From contig CM097888.1 in NCBI GenBank assembly GCA_044892525.1, forward strand, positions 16,244,001-16,308,000: 64,000 bases of DNA, given 5' to 3'. Both the position numbers and the translations under genes were made by a program. The notes beneath the pieces were generated by a model that made no database searches, had not been told where the DNA came from, and saw only the letters and a program-made list of their open reading frames with translations. Shown here in pieces: positions 42,054 through 56,024 of the stretch. Position 1 is the first letter of the stretch, and each line of letters begins with the position of its first letter. The DNA comes from Schmidtea polychroa. Lineage: Eukaryota.

Positions 42054-43065
42054 ATTTACACAGAATATGCCAATTAAAAACATAAATCTAATGATAGCAT
42101 GGAAATGAGAGATAATAGAAATGAACGAAAGAGAGCTCATAAAACGTAATTTGATAATTGTAAATATTTTAAGGAAATAAATGAGTCAATGTGATTTATA
42201 TAAAGAGCTAAATGAACGGACGAGGTTGGGAACTCGATGTATCATGAAAAGTAGAATTTTGCAGAAGTATAAGACGAAAACATTTCCAGAGATTTTAAAA
42301 AGATTGTGTAAATAATTTTTACTTCTATTATTCGTGAAATGTAAAGAACTAATGGTATTTATTAGTAAGATATTTAGTAAATCTTACGTTTCAAAATTTT
42401 AAAACCACCACAGGTCTGTAACTGATAGTCAGCATTCCAATATTCCTCATTAAATTTTCTCATGATTGGATTTGATTGTGATGGAAAAGAATGGCTTTAT
42501 CAAACAAAACATTCCGTAATGTTATGCGTTGTATGGGACATTTGATATAAACTGAAGTTGAAAGACATCTTATCGATCTTTTTTTAACTCACAAGAGTAT
42601 TAATCTTAGCAGTCGTGGCGACGCAATTCACCATTGTTTGAACTCTAAACCTATTGGTACTGTATCAACGTCACTTAGTGACGGATATTATGATGTTCAG
42701 CGATTGATATAAGAACAAGGCCATAATTAAAAACATTTTTTAAACCTACACGATCCTAGCACCTCATATAATTATTAGGGATCACAAATATTATTAGGGA
42801 ACGCACCTATGAACCTAAATTTCAAAATTAAAATAACCTCATTCACTTTTGTGAGTTTATTCCTTACATTTAATTCTACTTTATTATTTATTTTCATTAC
42901 GTGTTAATGTGCAATAAAAGATCATAAACTAATTAACACAATAAAGTTTCAATTTATGTTAAATATTTATTTGTAATTAAAATATAACTCAAATCAGAAA
43001 CCATTAAATGTGAAAATAACAGTAAATAAAAATGCAACATATTTAATTTCAAGGACATATTAAAA

Positions 43066-43590
43066 CAGTGGTGCCCAGCCTAGTGCCCGCGGGCAAAAAA
43101 GTGCCCGTGGAGACTTTTTCAAATGCCCGTGGGTGTTTTTCTAAATACGGTTAAAGAAAATATCAATTTTTAACATTAAGATGTATAATGTTTCAATGAG
43201 AATTACAAGCGCATTTTTAATTTTCGAAATTAAAATTAATCAATCCCAACAATTAATTATTAAATGGGAATTCCAAGAAAATTAAATTTTTTCCTACTTT
43301 AAATTAAAATTAATTAACTCAAATATCGTTACATCGTTAGTTAAAAAACTCTATTTAAATCAGTCAACCAAAAACAATCTCTCAGTGTGGACAACAATTT
43401 ATCCAAATAAAAAAAATAATTTTTGTTTTTACAAAAATGTCTCTCAGCAAAGGGATGTCTCAAAAAAGAAAACGTGAAGATGAAAAATCTGCGCAACAAG
43501 TTTTAAGAAATAACTGGGAAGAACAATTTTTGTTCACACATTCACAATCATCAAGGCCAATTTGTCTGATTTGTAATAATTAAAACATGA
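43066..43590 (+). mobile_element. 5' portion of a hAT (GTF2IRD2-like) element
   Basis: CAGTGGTGCCCA terminus, GTGCCCG subterminal repeats, ORF start MSLSKGMSQKRKREDEK...NWEEQFLF...RPICLIC. Confidence 0.7.
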
Positions 43591-43687
43591 AAAATCCATC
43601 ACATCGTAACATTTGTGATATTAATGTCGCACTTAACCAAAATTCTATTTAGAATTATTATCTCACATCACTGAACAATAGTAAATA

Positions 43688-44472
43688 CACTCATACCTCG
43701 CTTTACGGCCTAGATACGTTCCAGGAAAGTTGGCCGCAAAGCGAAACGCCGCATAACGAATCAAATATTTTGATACAATTCCATATAAATTCAATAGGAT
43801 TGGTTCCAATACATCAGGCTCTGGCTCCTCATCAAGTGATCGGTCCTCTTCGATATAGACCAGTTCCTCATGTGAAAGGGGTTCTCTATCAGCATTTAGC
43901 AAATCAAGCACATCACCTTCTTCCAAATCCTCAAAACCAAGATCATTCGCTAGGTTCAATATGCTTTGTCTTATTTCAGAAAGAGAATCAACTTCAGGAT
44001 CTTCAGTTTTTATGCATTCTGGCCACATTTTTTTCAAAACATGGTTCATTGTGGTTGATTTCAATTCCTTCCACGATTCGCTAATGTTGTCTACAGCATC
44101 TTTAATGTTGTAGTTTTTCCAAAATTGTTTAATCGAATATTCACCATCAGTTACGTTTATAAGTTTTCGAAATGTTCTACGTAAATAATATGCCTTAAAA
44201 GTGGCTATTGCACCTTGATCCATTGGCTGGATTAGAGCTGTTGTATTTTTTGGAAGATACTCAATCTCCACATCTTCAGATAATTCGCATAAATTAACCG
44301 GATGTCCTGGAGCATTATCCAAAATGAGCAAAGCCTTGTCGCACCTTTTTTTCACACTTTTTTTGGCCGTATAACGAAACATTTTAGGCCGTAAATCGAA
44401 AGTGCCGTAATTAAAGTAGGCCGTTATAGCGAAAAGCCGTATAAAGAGCAGCCGTATAGCGAGGTATGAGTG
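43688..44472 (-). mobile_element. Internally deleted pogo/Tigger element
   Basis: TA|CACTCATACCTCGCTTTACGGC ... GCCGTATAGCGAGGTATGAGTG|TA (21/22); ORF 44382-43663 with LILDNAPGHP, YLPKNTTALIQPMDQGAIATFKAYY (DDE_1 domain). Confidence 0.92.
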
Positions 44473-44701
44473 TACAAATTTTGAAACAATTAATTTTTGA
44501 AAATTCTGGAATGAATAGCCATTTTATATAAATAAGATTTATGATATTTTTAGGTCTTTAAGCATATTCAAATTGTTTTCATTACAGTTACGTATGCATT
44601 TAAATTTGAAAATAAAGTCAACATAAACTATTTTTATGTTTAATTTTCCCATAACAAAATAACTAATTCAGGGCCAACGTGTTTATTTGCTATAATCACA
44701 A

Positions 44702-45284
44702 CTAGTATCTATCATATTCAGGCTCCAAATACAATTCTGGAACGTTATAACCCATTTCTTCTGGCGTCGGTATTCCTAGTTTAGTTAGAGTTGGCTGAAT
44801 TTCACCTAATAAATAAGGCCAAATTTTGCGTTTTAAAGGTCCACATTTAACCTAAATCAGACAACATAAACTGTTTGATTGTAATACACCTTTTACTTGA
44901 ACAGCTTCCAAAAATCGAATTGCTAATCCAAAATCATTAACTCTTCTTATTGCATGCAAAGCTACTATTATAATTTCAGGTTCAGGGATAGCATCAATAT
45001 CTTGAAGTTCTTGTAATCCTTTACGAATCCACCAGCCATCAATATCTTCTCGCTGAAAGAATTTTAACATTCTTTTATCCATTTCTTCATAGGTTTCTTC
45101 TTCAGTAGAATGAAATCGTTTAGCAACTAAAGGAATAGGTTTAGCACTAAGCTTTCCTGAAATAATTAACATTAATAATAAATCAATTAATAAACATTAT
45201 AGAAGTTATTTAATATGTTTCTTTGAACATTTTACCTAAAGATACTACATTAGATCTAGTAAGGAATTTGGCAAGTTTAAACAT
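44702..45284 (-). CDS. COX5A: Cytochrome c oxidase subunit 5A, 3 exons, 152 aa
   Basis: Exons 45284-45236, 45156-44897, 44851-44702; basic targeting peptide, IDGWWIRKGLQEL...AIPEPEII..ALHAIRRVNDFGLAIRFLE, VKCG...IQPTLTKLGIPTPEEMGY. Confidence 0.93.
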
Positions 45285-48200
45285 TGAGTTAAAATTTTCA
45301 CTTTAAAATATAGTTTTGTTCAAAATCAATATATATTAGAAAAAATAAATTTAAACAATTTCAAATGACAAACATTATTAAAATATGAAAATTAATTTTA
45401 ATGATTCTCAAAAAGAATAAATGTAAAATAAACATATCACGCAATAAATATACTATTATGTAATCAAAACCACTGAAAAGTATTTAATAGTAAACAAAGT
45501 AAATTTTTATATTTTTAAGGCTGTCTTCTTCAAACATACATACGGAAAGTCCTTTTTTCTTGTGGTGCATGGTAGACTAAACATAGAGAATAGAGTTTGT
45601 TGTGAGAGCGATTAAAATGAATTTATTAATATTATTCTTTATATCAATTGTTGTGTTGGTTAACAATATTGGCCTACTTTATTTCCCGCCGCAATTGCAC
45701 ATAATATTGTGATTCGCCACATGATATTCATTACTAGATAATGTTGGAAATTCCTCAAGGTTATGACTACTAGCAGAAGGTGAGCTCCACTCTTAGTTAT
45801 TTCGAGAGTTTTCATAATAGTTTGTTTGCACTAATATTGGAAAGGTGACATAATGATAATTTTTCCGGATCGAACCCAGCCGTCAACTAAGAGGAATTAA
45901 GCGGCCTGGATCACCGGGGATGATTAATGTCCAATAGCTGTGGATATCACGGACTCAGGTCGTCAACGATATCAATCAAACTATCACTCGGTTACGGCGG
46001 CTAGAGATGGAGATATAAGCCGGCCTAATCGAGATTACGGACGGGGAATACCTGTATGACCACGATGAGTAGTGGATAAATGAATTGTTCGAGACCTGCA
46101 ACCAAAAAACGAGAAACCCAATTCCATCTCGTGGAGGCACCAAGAACCGCAGCTGCACATCATTATTTTTGAATGAGAATGATGTGAAATCAAATGATGC
46201 AAGCAACGAGAACGAGGGATGGTGCCGAAGTGCGATGGTTTAAATCACCATGATTTTCTTTCATCCAATAAGTTAGGTTGGGGAAATTTAAAGCGGTGAA
46301 ATAAGGACACAGAATAAAAATAAATAAAGTTTTCAATAGTGGCTCGCACTGAATTAGTGGGATAGGGTACTGCGAGTGAAGCACCTTTATCTTTTTATAA
46401 ATTTTAGATGATGAGGGTAGACTCATCACTATATTCATCTTAGATAAATATTATGGAACAGGGCCAGACAAGTACATGGTTAACGTGTACGCTGAAGAAC
46501 GCCAGTAAACGAAGTCTTCTCATAGACTTCCATCTCTGCAATCCGGATCGACAACCAAACAATCCAATTCCCCAAACAGGAGTCAATGATTGAACAATAA
46601 CTTTCATCGATATTCATTTGTGTAAATAACTATGTGTTCAAAACTTTATAAAGAACCATTTTTCTTATTGAATTGTATATAATTTTAATGCCATCTGTAT
46701 AATAGGTAGATATTTTTAATCTGTGAACTTTATCGAGCTTTAATTTTTATTGAATTTGTATATTTCAAATTTTTATTGTAAATTTTTAATTTTATGTCAT
46801 CTGTATATTTCTAATTTTTATTATAAACACAAATAAAAATAATAGGTATTTAAAAGAAATTAATTTAATAATATCAAATTAAAATATCAAGTGATAAAAT
46901 AAATTAGCAGATATAGAATTGAATAATTTTCAAAATTAATAAATTAGCATTAAGAATTGAATAATTTTCAATGTCGATTACAATAAACAGCAGTGGAATT
47001 AAAAATAAATAAGCGACGAGTAGTACTCCAGAAAAAGAAAGGCTCCGGTAAAGCCAAGAGAGTGCGGCTCAAGATACATAAAAATTAGACTACAACCAAG
47101 ATCCAACTGCCTTGAAAATGTGAATAACCTCGATTTCCTTAAATATATCTATTCAATGTATTGAGACAGTTATTTTTGTTTATGAAGTAGGGATATTATA
47201 GTATAATCCGAATCATTGGTTAAAGCGATTATTAAAAGCGGGACCTAAACGAAAATATAACGCAAGTCTTCTATCAGTATTCCGAGAACCCGCTTGAGTG
47301 CTTGCCGATTATAGCACACAAAGGCATGCTCACTTTTCACTGGCACTAACCCATTCTATACATTCTGGGTTACGCTGGAAACAGCACGAAAGGGTAAGAT
47401 GTGGATTACTTAGAACCCATAATAACTAATATATTTTAAAATACTTATTGCCTAGATAAAATAAATTTGATAAATAAAAATATTTCTTAGTCCATCAGAA
47501 AAATCAAGGATTTCATCGGTTAATATATTGATCAAATGTTGTTTAGCGTCATGTTAGAAAATAAATTTATGTAATAATAAGATAAATATTTTGTACAAAA
47601 TTCTATTATAAAAAATGAAAACATTTCAAACAAGTATTAATTATATTGTTTGACATCAAATCTTGTGAAATGGTTCAAAACATAAAACCAACGGCAAATT
47701 AAACTGTTTACATGCATATACAGTTCTTTTTGAATCTTTCACAGTGTTACAAAAGGCTTTCTATAGAAGATTTGTATGTAACAGCGCGAACTTCACGTAG
47801 TTACAATAATAAATTAATCAAAGAGCATTCTTAACAAAGTGTTGACGTATTAAAGTTGATGTTAATATGGACGGTATTACAAATATAGATCTTAAAGCAA
47901 CTTGTTAATATATTAACCAACTTCATCCTTTGCCCTAAAAAGGGTTAACCCGTTAAAAGATTTAAAAAAATGTTTACTGTTCAGAAAAAAATTCTAAGAC
48001 TTAAGTTTTTGGACTTATGACCTACTACTCTTATCACAACTTGGACCGTATGACCTGACGTGTTCATTATGATGGCGCCAATCTTTCAAATCCTGTTTAA
48101 GCAAAAACAAAATGCTTGAACCTTTGAAGGTTTTGTATAACCATGTTTGACATCTTGAAGGTCTAAGTAGTACTATTAAGTAGAGCACACGCGACTTTAT

Positions 48201-49219
48201 TTACTCATTAAAATTAGTGACCATAAAAGGTTTAAAACCTTTTGATTTTGAGACAATTCAACAATTAAATACTGTTCAGGGCATAAAAAATGCAGAGGTT
48301 TTTCTGATAAATAATTCATCATTTACACAGCCATCTGGTACATTTTTCTTTAAGTTTTTAACCAATTTAACATTTTCCTAAAACTTCATAAATTTCATAA
48401 AGCTCCTATATAAATTTCCTGAATGCGTTTTAATAAAATTATAATGTTGAAGAAAACGGAAACATTCTAAACACATAAAATTTCTTGAATGCAAATATTC
48501 AACGCAAAAATGTGTAATAACTATTAATAACAATGCTATTGAATAAAAATTTCTAGATAGTTCACTATTTGGAATTTCAACAAGAGTTCAAAATATAAAT
48601 GTGTATAAGTTAGAGTTAGAAGTATATAAAAATTATTTTGTTTGATCCAATCCCATTTTATATACCAAATTTTTCATGCGTATTATTTTATTATAATTAT
48701 CATATTTTTAACTTGTTTTAATTGATCCTTAGCTACAATATTTAAGCTTTTGCATTTTCCTGCTATTGCATTATTATCCTAGAATGAACGAAACAAGATT
48801 GAAGTTACATTTGCTCATCACTGTAAGTAAAACCTTGTAAGAATTTTAATTGATTTTTTTTGTCAAATTTCCAAATTATGATAATATCATTAAACATATC
48901 AAACGCTAAGGATTATTTCCCTTTGGTCCAAGAAGATTAAAAAACTTTTAATTATGAATATCACAAACATATCGTTCGTTATTACATTTTTCATTATTAT
49001 TATTATATTATCTTCTAAATTAGTAAAATTATAAAATATTATATTGCAAAACTAAAAATATTTTGCGTAATTCGCTTTTTGATAAATACGTTTGTTTTAA
49101 AAATCTGTTTAATAATTTTATAATTCACATTTTTAAATTTTAATTACAGAAATAGTTATTTTTAAAATTGAAAACTTAAATCATTTTCCAAAGATTTTGT
49201 GAACTATTGAACAAATATT

Positions 49220-50518
49220 ATGGAAGATGCTGTTTATAATAGAGGATCATACGAATTGAAATTTACTGAGGTTATAAATAAAAATATGCAACTTCCTGAT
49301 AAAATTTTAGCAACAAGCTTAATGAATAATTCAGCATTAGGTATGTTTTTTGTATCATTTTGTTATGAAATGATTCTTCTAAAGGAAGGTCTGAAATTGA
49401 AGAAGATGAAAATGGTATAGCAAATGGTATAGTAATATATAATTTTGTTAACTTATATTGATATTAAATACTTTATTCTAATCTAAATTACTTCAAGTTT
49501 CAGAATAATACTAAATTATATAAAATCATTAATAGGTCTTTTTTAAAGTTTCTGTAATTCAATGAACGTGACTTGAATTGAATATATTAACTATTAGTGA
49601 TTAAAATGTCCTTGAATGTTACTACAGTATTATGTGGACAAAATTAAAACGATAAAATATGTTTTGATAAAAATTGGTTAAAAATACAGGGTCTCCATAA
49701 AGTCCATGTGCATTTAAAATTACCTGTAGATATGTAACCATATGTGTTAGAATGAATCTGTAGAAAACAAAAGAAAGAAGAAAGATGTAAATTTTCAATA
49801 CATTCAATATCATTACGAATTCAAAAAGAAATACGATCCTAGAATGTCAGCAATCACTTAAGTTATTTTATCTTGTAAGTGGAGGCCAAGAAAATGGTTG
49901 ACATCTTCCAATCCACCTGTTAGGGAATTTCTCATTTAGAAACCCGTTTAACTTTCAGAATAAGGGACTATATTTTTGAAACACTGTTTTCTCTGAGCTT
50001 TCTAATCTTTTTACAGGTTCCTCCTCTTTCATATATTTAGAAAGTCAAAGTATTTTAATTGTACACGAACTTTATGGGCACCCTGTAGAGTTCTCGAGAT
50101 TGACATTCATAATCTCAGTTAGAACTTTCGTCTTATTTATTTGAGAAATTTTTATCCATAACTGGAACATTTCTTCATGAAAGTACATTTCAGCTCTTTC
50201 ACTGGTGGCAGATGACAACGAAATAGACAGAAAAGCGCAATTGTCTCCTGGATACAGCCCAAACCTCCTTAACAATTCCGAAATTCCAGAGTAAAAATTG
50301 TGAATAATAATGGCGAATAAATTGAAATATTTATTCACAGGCTGCGTATAAAGAAGACCACCGTAAATATCAATAATTATCTTGCGGAAATTGATAAGCG
50401 GATTGATAAAGTGGAAGCCAAATTGGAGCTGCTAACGAAACTGGGGTCATGCGCCGGGGGATTACTTGCTGTTTATTTTTCGTTGAAATTGCTGAATTTT
50501 TTATTCTTTCGCAGATAA
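49220..50518 (+). CDS. MFF: Mitochondrial fission factor / Tango11-like tail-anchored protein, 4 exons, 145 aa
   Basis: Exons 49220-49340, 49385-49426, 50194-50290, 50341-50518 join in frame; N-terminal YELKFTEVINKNMQLPDKI resembles the Mff repeat; C-terminal coiled coil LAEIDKRIDKVEAKLELL, TM segment and FRR* end. Confidence 0.75.
49687..50085. mobile_element. Tc1/mariner-type deletion derivative in Mff intron 2
   Basis: TA|CAGGGTCTCCATAAAGTCCATGTGCATTTAAAAT ... ATTTTAATTGTACACGAACTTTATGGGCACCCTG|TA; about 34-bp imperfect TIR. Confidence 0.8.
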
Positions 50519-53016
50519 TAGATTTAATAAAATTACTGAATTTGTCATTAGATGTATTCGCCATAGAAACTTTATTACACTCTTTAATAAATCAATTGTC
50601 TTTGTATATTTTTCCATATAAAGGCGACTTCTGATTTAAACTGATTGAGTGCATAGCCTTCTGTTGAGAATGAACTTGGGCGTCAGCACGTTTATTTTCG
50701 TTATATGCTTATCATAGACCAGCTTTGTCATTGATCCGTAAATATAATTTGTTAGTACTTCAGTCATTTCATATGAGCTGCATATTTATAATTTGTTGCC
50801 TTACAATAGGTGCTGTACTGGCAATGGTTAACATTTAATTTATTTAAGCGCTTATAACTCAGTATATATATATATATATATAAATGTCGAGCTATAGTGT
50901 TTTCAAATCATTCTAACGCGTGATATTGACATTTAAAAAGAATATTTTTATTTTCTGAATTGGGAAATATCATGCATTTAAGGGTTGAGCAAGCAGTTCG
51001 CACGAGCTCTACTGTATTTACGAAAACATTCCGCTTTCTTTAGGTTGAACTGCTTATTTATATTATTTTTAGAATTCTTTATATTTGTAATTTTTTTTCA
51101 AATTCGGAATTTTATGAAATGGCTAACATTTTCATAAAAATTAAAAAGTTCACATAGATTACAATACAAAAATCGTTAGGAGGTGGTGAACTTTGAAAAA
51201 CTCAAATTCAAAAATCATAAACGTCTTTCGTAAGAGTACGAATTGTTTTTATATGAAAATAGTTGATATATAGATTTCTCTAAAATAGTAAACTAGGTGT
51301 CTAGGCCTCTTCTTTAACTATGGGAAAGTTTTTGAGCTTTGGAAACTAACTATTAATCAAATTTCAGCCAAAATTTTTTTATAAGTTGTTTAAATTTTTT
51401 GTGTTTAATTCTTTTCAGGTCAACACACAAATTTTGTTATCATTTAAAAAAATTTTCCCAATCCTTTGAAAATTATTTTAAGGTTTGGTGTTGTTGGTAA
51501 AATGAATATTACCAGTTACCAATTATTACCAATTCCAAACATGTCTTGAAATATTAACAACAATTACAGATTCCCGATGCTACCAATATTTATTATCCAT
51601 TGGAATTACAAACGATTTGGTATTCTGCTGACACATTTGCACAAAATAATCACAACTCAAAACTTGGGACTTATTACAACGATCAATAACCCAATTTAAT
51701 GATTGCTAAGCCGTTTCTCGGTTGAATCTCCTTGTTACATTCATTTCAATTGGTATTACTTTAATTTCTATGCCACTTTCTTTAATCTCTGATACTGGTT
51801 TTCAACTTCTTACTTCAAATATTTCGTCTATTTTTATTCTGTCCTACTCTGTTTGTCTCTCACCATTTTAAATGTAAAGATAGTCCCATATTGTTTTTGT
51901 TTTTCAGCAATATCCGACATTTCCATTACTTCCTGTTTTTTCAGGAAACTGTTGAAATATATAATTTTATTTTTTTTATTTTCCCGAATTCCCAATGGTC
52001 CATTTTTTATTTCGACCAAGCTATCGAGATAGGGAAATTTTATTTTCTAATTTGGTTTTGCCTTTCCTTTTCAATTTGCATTTGTTAATTAAGAGCGACC
52101 TTCTCATATTTCATTTTTTAATTTTTATGATTTTGTTATTTTCTCATTTTCAATTTTTTTTTTCACTCTTGTTGCTCAGAATTGGTGGATTGCATGTAAT
52201 CTTTATTTTACATTGTCGTGTTGTTTCTAACATAATCTAGAATACCATTCAACACCCGTTCTGTGAACAACATTGGAACTGTTTCGGATGGGTGAATACT
52301 TGCAAACAGTGAGTGTACTTTTGGGCAATATAATCATCGAGCATTTGAGGGGTTCTCAAACCACCTTTATTTTGGTACCTAAATTGGTCGATTATTTAAT
52401 TTTAAAGGTACAAAATCAGGCTAAACTAAATTTATTTATATCAATAAGCACTTATCGTGGAACAGTTCATTAATTATATACTTATCATCGTCTTTGATAA
52501 ATGATTCTGTCCCTACGCTTTTCCTACCATATTTATCAGATCTAGTCATTCATTATGAGTATTGATATGGATATTAAAATAGCTAATTTATAAAGAAAAT
52601 ATATATTGTATTATAAGTAGCAAATACTATTATATAGTAAAACTATAATAAGTATAAATGCTAGAACGCATAATTATCATTATTATTAAATTAATTAATT
52701 CGCCATTTAAATCGGTTGTTTGAATAATACCAATTATTAAGCAATCAGTTTTTGAATATATCTTAAAGCAATTAGAATTAAATTATTAACATGGTGACCC
52801 TGGCTATGATCAATAAAATCATTCCAGTTATTTACGACGCAGCGTCGATGTAGAAGTTTTTATTGGAGAATGCAGGAGATATTCGCAATTATGTGGACTA
52901 GAACAATCCAGTCAAAGTATATTGCCGATTTATGAAGCAACAGAACAAAATGAAACTTTTTTTGAAGATAGATTGAAAGATGCTTTCAAGAAGCCAACAA
53001 CGTTGATAGTATACAT

Positions 53017-53921
53017 CAAGGGTGGGCACGCATGGGTTCAATAAGAGCCATTTTCCGAAAATTTATTTTTTACAGAGCCACCATAGTAAAGTACATATTT
53101 TTTTTTATTTCATTAATTTGATTAAAGAGACTTAAACGCTATTAAAAAAAAACAAAATAATTATTTCAAACATTAAGTAACAAACATAAAAATCCATTAA
53201 TAAAAAGTAATAAAATTTCTTGAATTAACGAAGACTTTTGGTCAAATCTTTAAAATTTGGTGTATACTTTGTTAAAGCTTTTCGCAGCAATTCTGTAAGA
53301 TGCTGATTGGTCAACTGTGAACGATATTTCGACTTTACGAACTTCATTGTGGAGTACAAAGATTCACAACAATATGTTGTACCAAAAATTGAAATTAGAC
53401 GGCAAGCAGCTTGTTTTAAGTGTGGATATTTTGCCTCTGGTACGAGTTTCCAAAATTCAACTATAGAAGTAGATTTATGGTGCATTTGCAAAGCCTGGTC
53501 CTCTTTCATATCTAATAACTCCAATTGCCCAACCGTATTTTAAAATGCTTCATAAAAAAAATCTTCTTACCAAATTTTTCAAAAAACACGAATAGAAAAC
53601 TATACTAAAATATACAAACGACCGCAATCTTGTACAAACAAAATAATAACCAATCAAAATTCACTAAATTTATTTTTGATGCTTCTCTCGTTGTTATAAC
53701 AAAGCGCCGCCTACTACAAAATAATTTTAAAAAGCAGTAAAATGTGAAAAACAATGTTTCGTTAATTTTTGACATTTATGAAAATACAATTGCAACAAAA
53801 AATTTTTTCTCAAAACATTTAGTGAAAAATTTCAAAATAAAAAATCGAATTCGATTATCAAGAATTCAATTATCAATGAGCCGCAGTTTACTCAACGAAG
53901 AGCCGCATTTGCCCACCGTTG
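53017..53921 (-). mobile_element. Internally deleted hAT element (905 bp)
   Basis: TIR CAAGGGTGGGCA / TGCCCACCGTTG (11/12), perfect TSD GTATACAT; ORF 53524-53225 encodes the hAT dimerisation domain (FWKLVPEAKYPHLK...FGTTYCCESLYSTMKFVKSKYRSQL). Confidence 0.92.
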
Positions 53922-53959
53922 GTATACATCTTAACCCTCTACAATTTCGAAAAGAATGA

Positions 53960-54560
53960 GGATACTGCACCTTGATTTGTAATCATTTTCAACATGCGGT
54001 CAGAAATGAGATTGATCAATTCATTTTGACTTTGAGATTCCAGATAATGGGCCACAGTATCATCCATTATAAATGCGTCGTAAATGTTCTGCAATCATAG
54101 GATCAAACTTTGCAAGTAATTTGCAAGAACAATCCCGTTACTATGAACGTAGAGCCTAACGGAATTCTCATTAAAGGTCATATTCCTTTCTGCTCAAAAC
54201 TGTACACCTGATATGATGCAACACGGCGCAGTAATGAGCTTTGTCTTTTTCCACTAGAGTAAGCGTTGAACCGGTTTTAATGCGTAATTCAAGCTCCTTT
54301 CAGTTTATTATGTGCTGACTAGTCATGCTTCTCCAAGGTCTTACTCAAGTATTGCAAACTGCAGAAACCTTGATATTTCACAAAACAACTTGCAGCAGAA
54401 ACAGTATACTGCATCCTGCTGTTTGTAATACACAAGCCACGTTCAAACTATCGTTTCTTCTTTTGGCAGCATCTTAGAAACGAAGTCATGATTGAATCTG
54501 CGGTTTTCTATGTTGAATTATTTTATTCAATATATAAAGCATCTGATATATTTTCTCTCT
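53960..54560 (-). mobile_element. Decayed hAT transposase, Tip100/ZMYM1-like
   Basis: RRFNHDFVSKMLP...TWLVYYKQQDAVYCFCCKLF (TTF-type Zn finger) and AHYLESQSQNELINLI. Confidence 0.75.
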
Positions 54561-56024
54561 AAGATGCAGGGTAGTACCGGGAGTAGTAACTTTTCTAATG
54601 GGTATATTTTCAGCCATAGGTATAGCTTGCTGACAACAACAACAATCAACACCGTCTGAGCCATGTGCATTCCTTTTTGTTTTGGAAAACGTAGTGACTT
54701 GATGTGGGTTTTCCTTGCATCCACTCACTTCTTGTTGCGTGCTACTTCCATCGGCATAGCTGTCGCCTTGAGTGTTATATGTTGCAGGTGGCACAATGGA
54801 ATCCGACCGCGATGGAAGTTATGTCGATGGTAGCATAAATCGATCCACTAGTTTGTCTAAATTTTTGCGCTATAATGCACCGGATTCACGTGTTACATTT
54901 TAGAACTGCAACAGTAACAATAAATAAAAAGTTTAAATTTGTATCCGTTCAAAACAGTACTATTTATATTATAATCTTGTAACAAATATTTAGCTCACCA
55001 ACAAATCTGAATTCAACTTGCAATTAACACAATTTTTACAAATAATAAATACTTGTATAGCGTCAATCTTTATCAATGAGTTGATATATACGCACTCGAC
55101 TACGTTAAAATTATAGTAAGTAAGAAACCCGGTGCATCTCCAAGAGAGCAACTCAACTGATTATAATATAGTGTGCCTAAAAACTATTTTATACAGTAAA
55201 TACACTGGATAGACTGAGTTAGACAATATTTAGCACAATTAAGCTGTGCATTATTAGGTTTCATTTATTTCTTCATTTTCATTATATTTTTTCACACAAT
55301 TAACTTTATACATTAATATACTTTCTATCAAAACGGAGCCCCCAACATGTCCGTGACCGTCGCGTCGACCCTGCTTTTGAGTTTCGATTTCTGGAAATTA
55401 TCGTTTGACTTACGACTAGTGACGTTTGAATTATTCATAATAACTTTTAAAAAAGTACTTTCGTCATCAAAATTCCAGATTTTTAGTTTAATCCTCTTCT
55501 ATAGATTCCATTTCATCGAGCATCTTTTGAATGAAAGTACTTAAGAAGAAATCAATTTTCATATCTTCTCCCAATGTTGATTAGAAGTTCAAGATTGTAT
55601 GGCTAAAGGGTCAAATGTATGCTTATATATGGTAAAATACCAAAGATGCCAACAAAGCAATTAACAGAAATGGACATTGAAAATTCCAGACAAACATAGT
55701 CAAATAAGAAAAGACTCACATAATACTATATTTAAACAAAATATTTAAAGACATTATTGAGTTTTGTAAAAAATTACTCAACACATACATCATACATAAA
55801 ATCAAACAAAACAACTTGAAAATATCAATTGTATGCAGCATTTTTGAACAAGTAAAATGGAAAAAATATAATAAAAAATCAATAATTGAACACATTTCAA
55901 TTTTTTTTTAAAAATTGAATAAAATTTAAAATCACATTATCATACATTGATTGAAAGAAATTACAGGATATATATCAATAAAATACAAAACATTTCGTAA
56001 AATTATTTAATCAATATCCTATTG

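Noticed and set aside
50072-50338. Minus-strand ORF with SLSSATSER resembling a hAT dimerisation motif
   Set aside because: It is the antisense of Mff-like exon 3, which has proper splice sites and phase on the plus strand.
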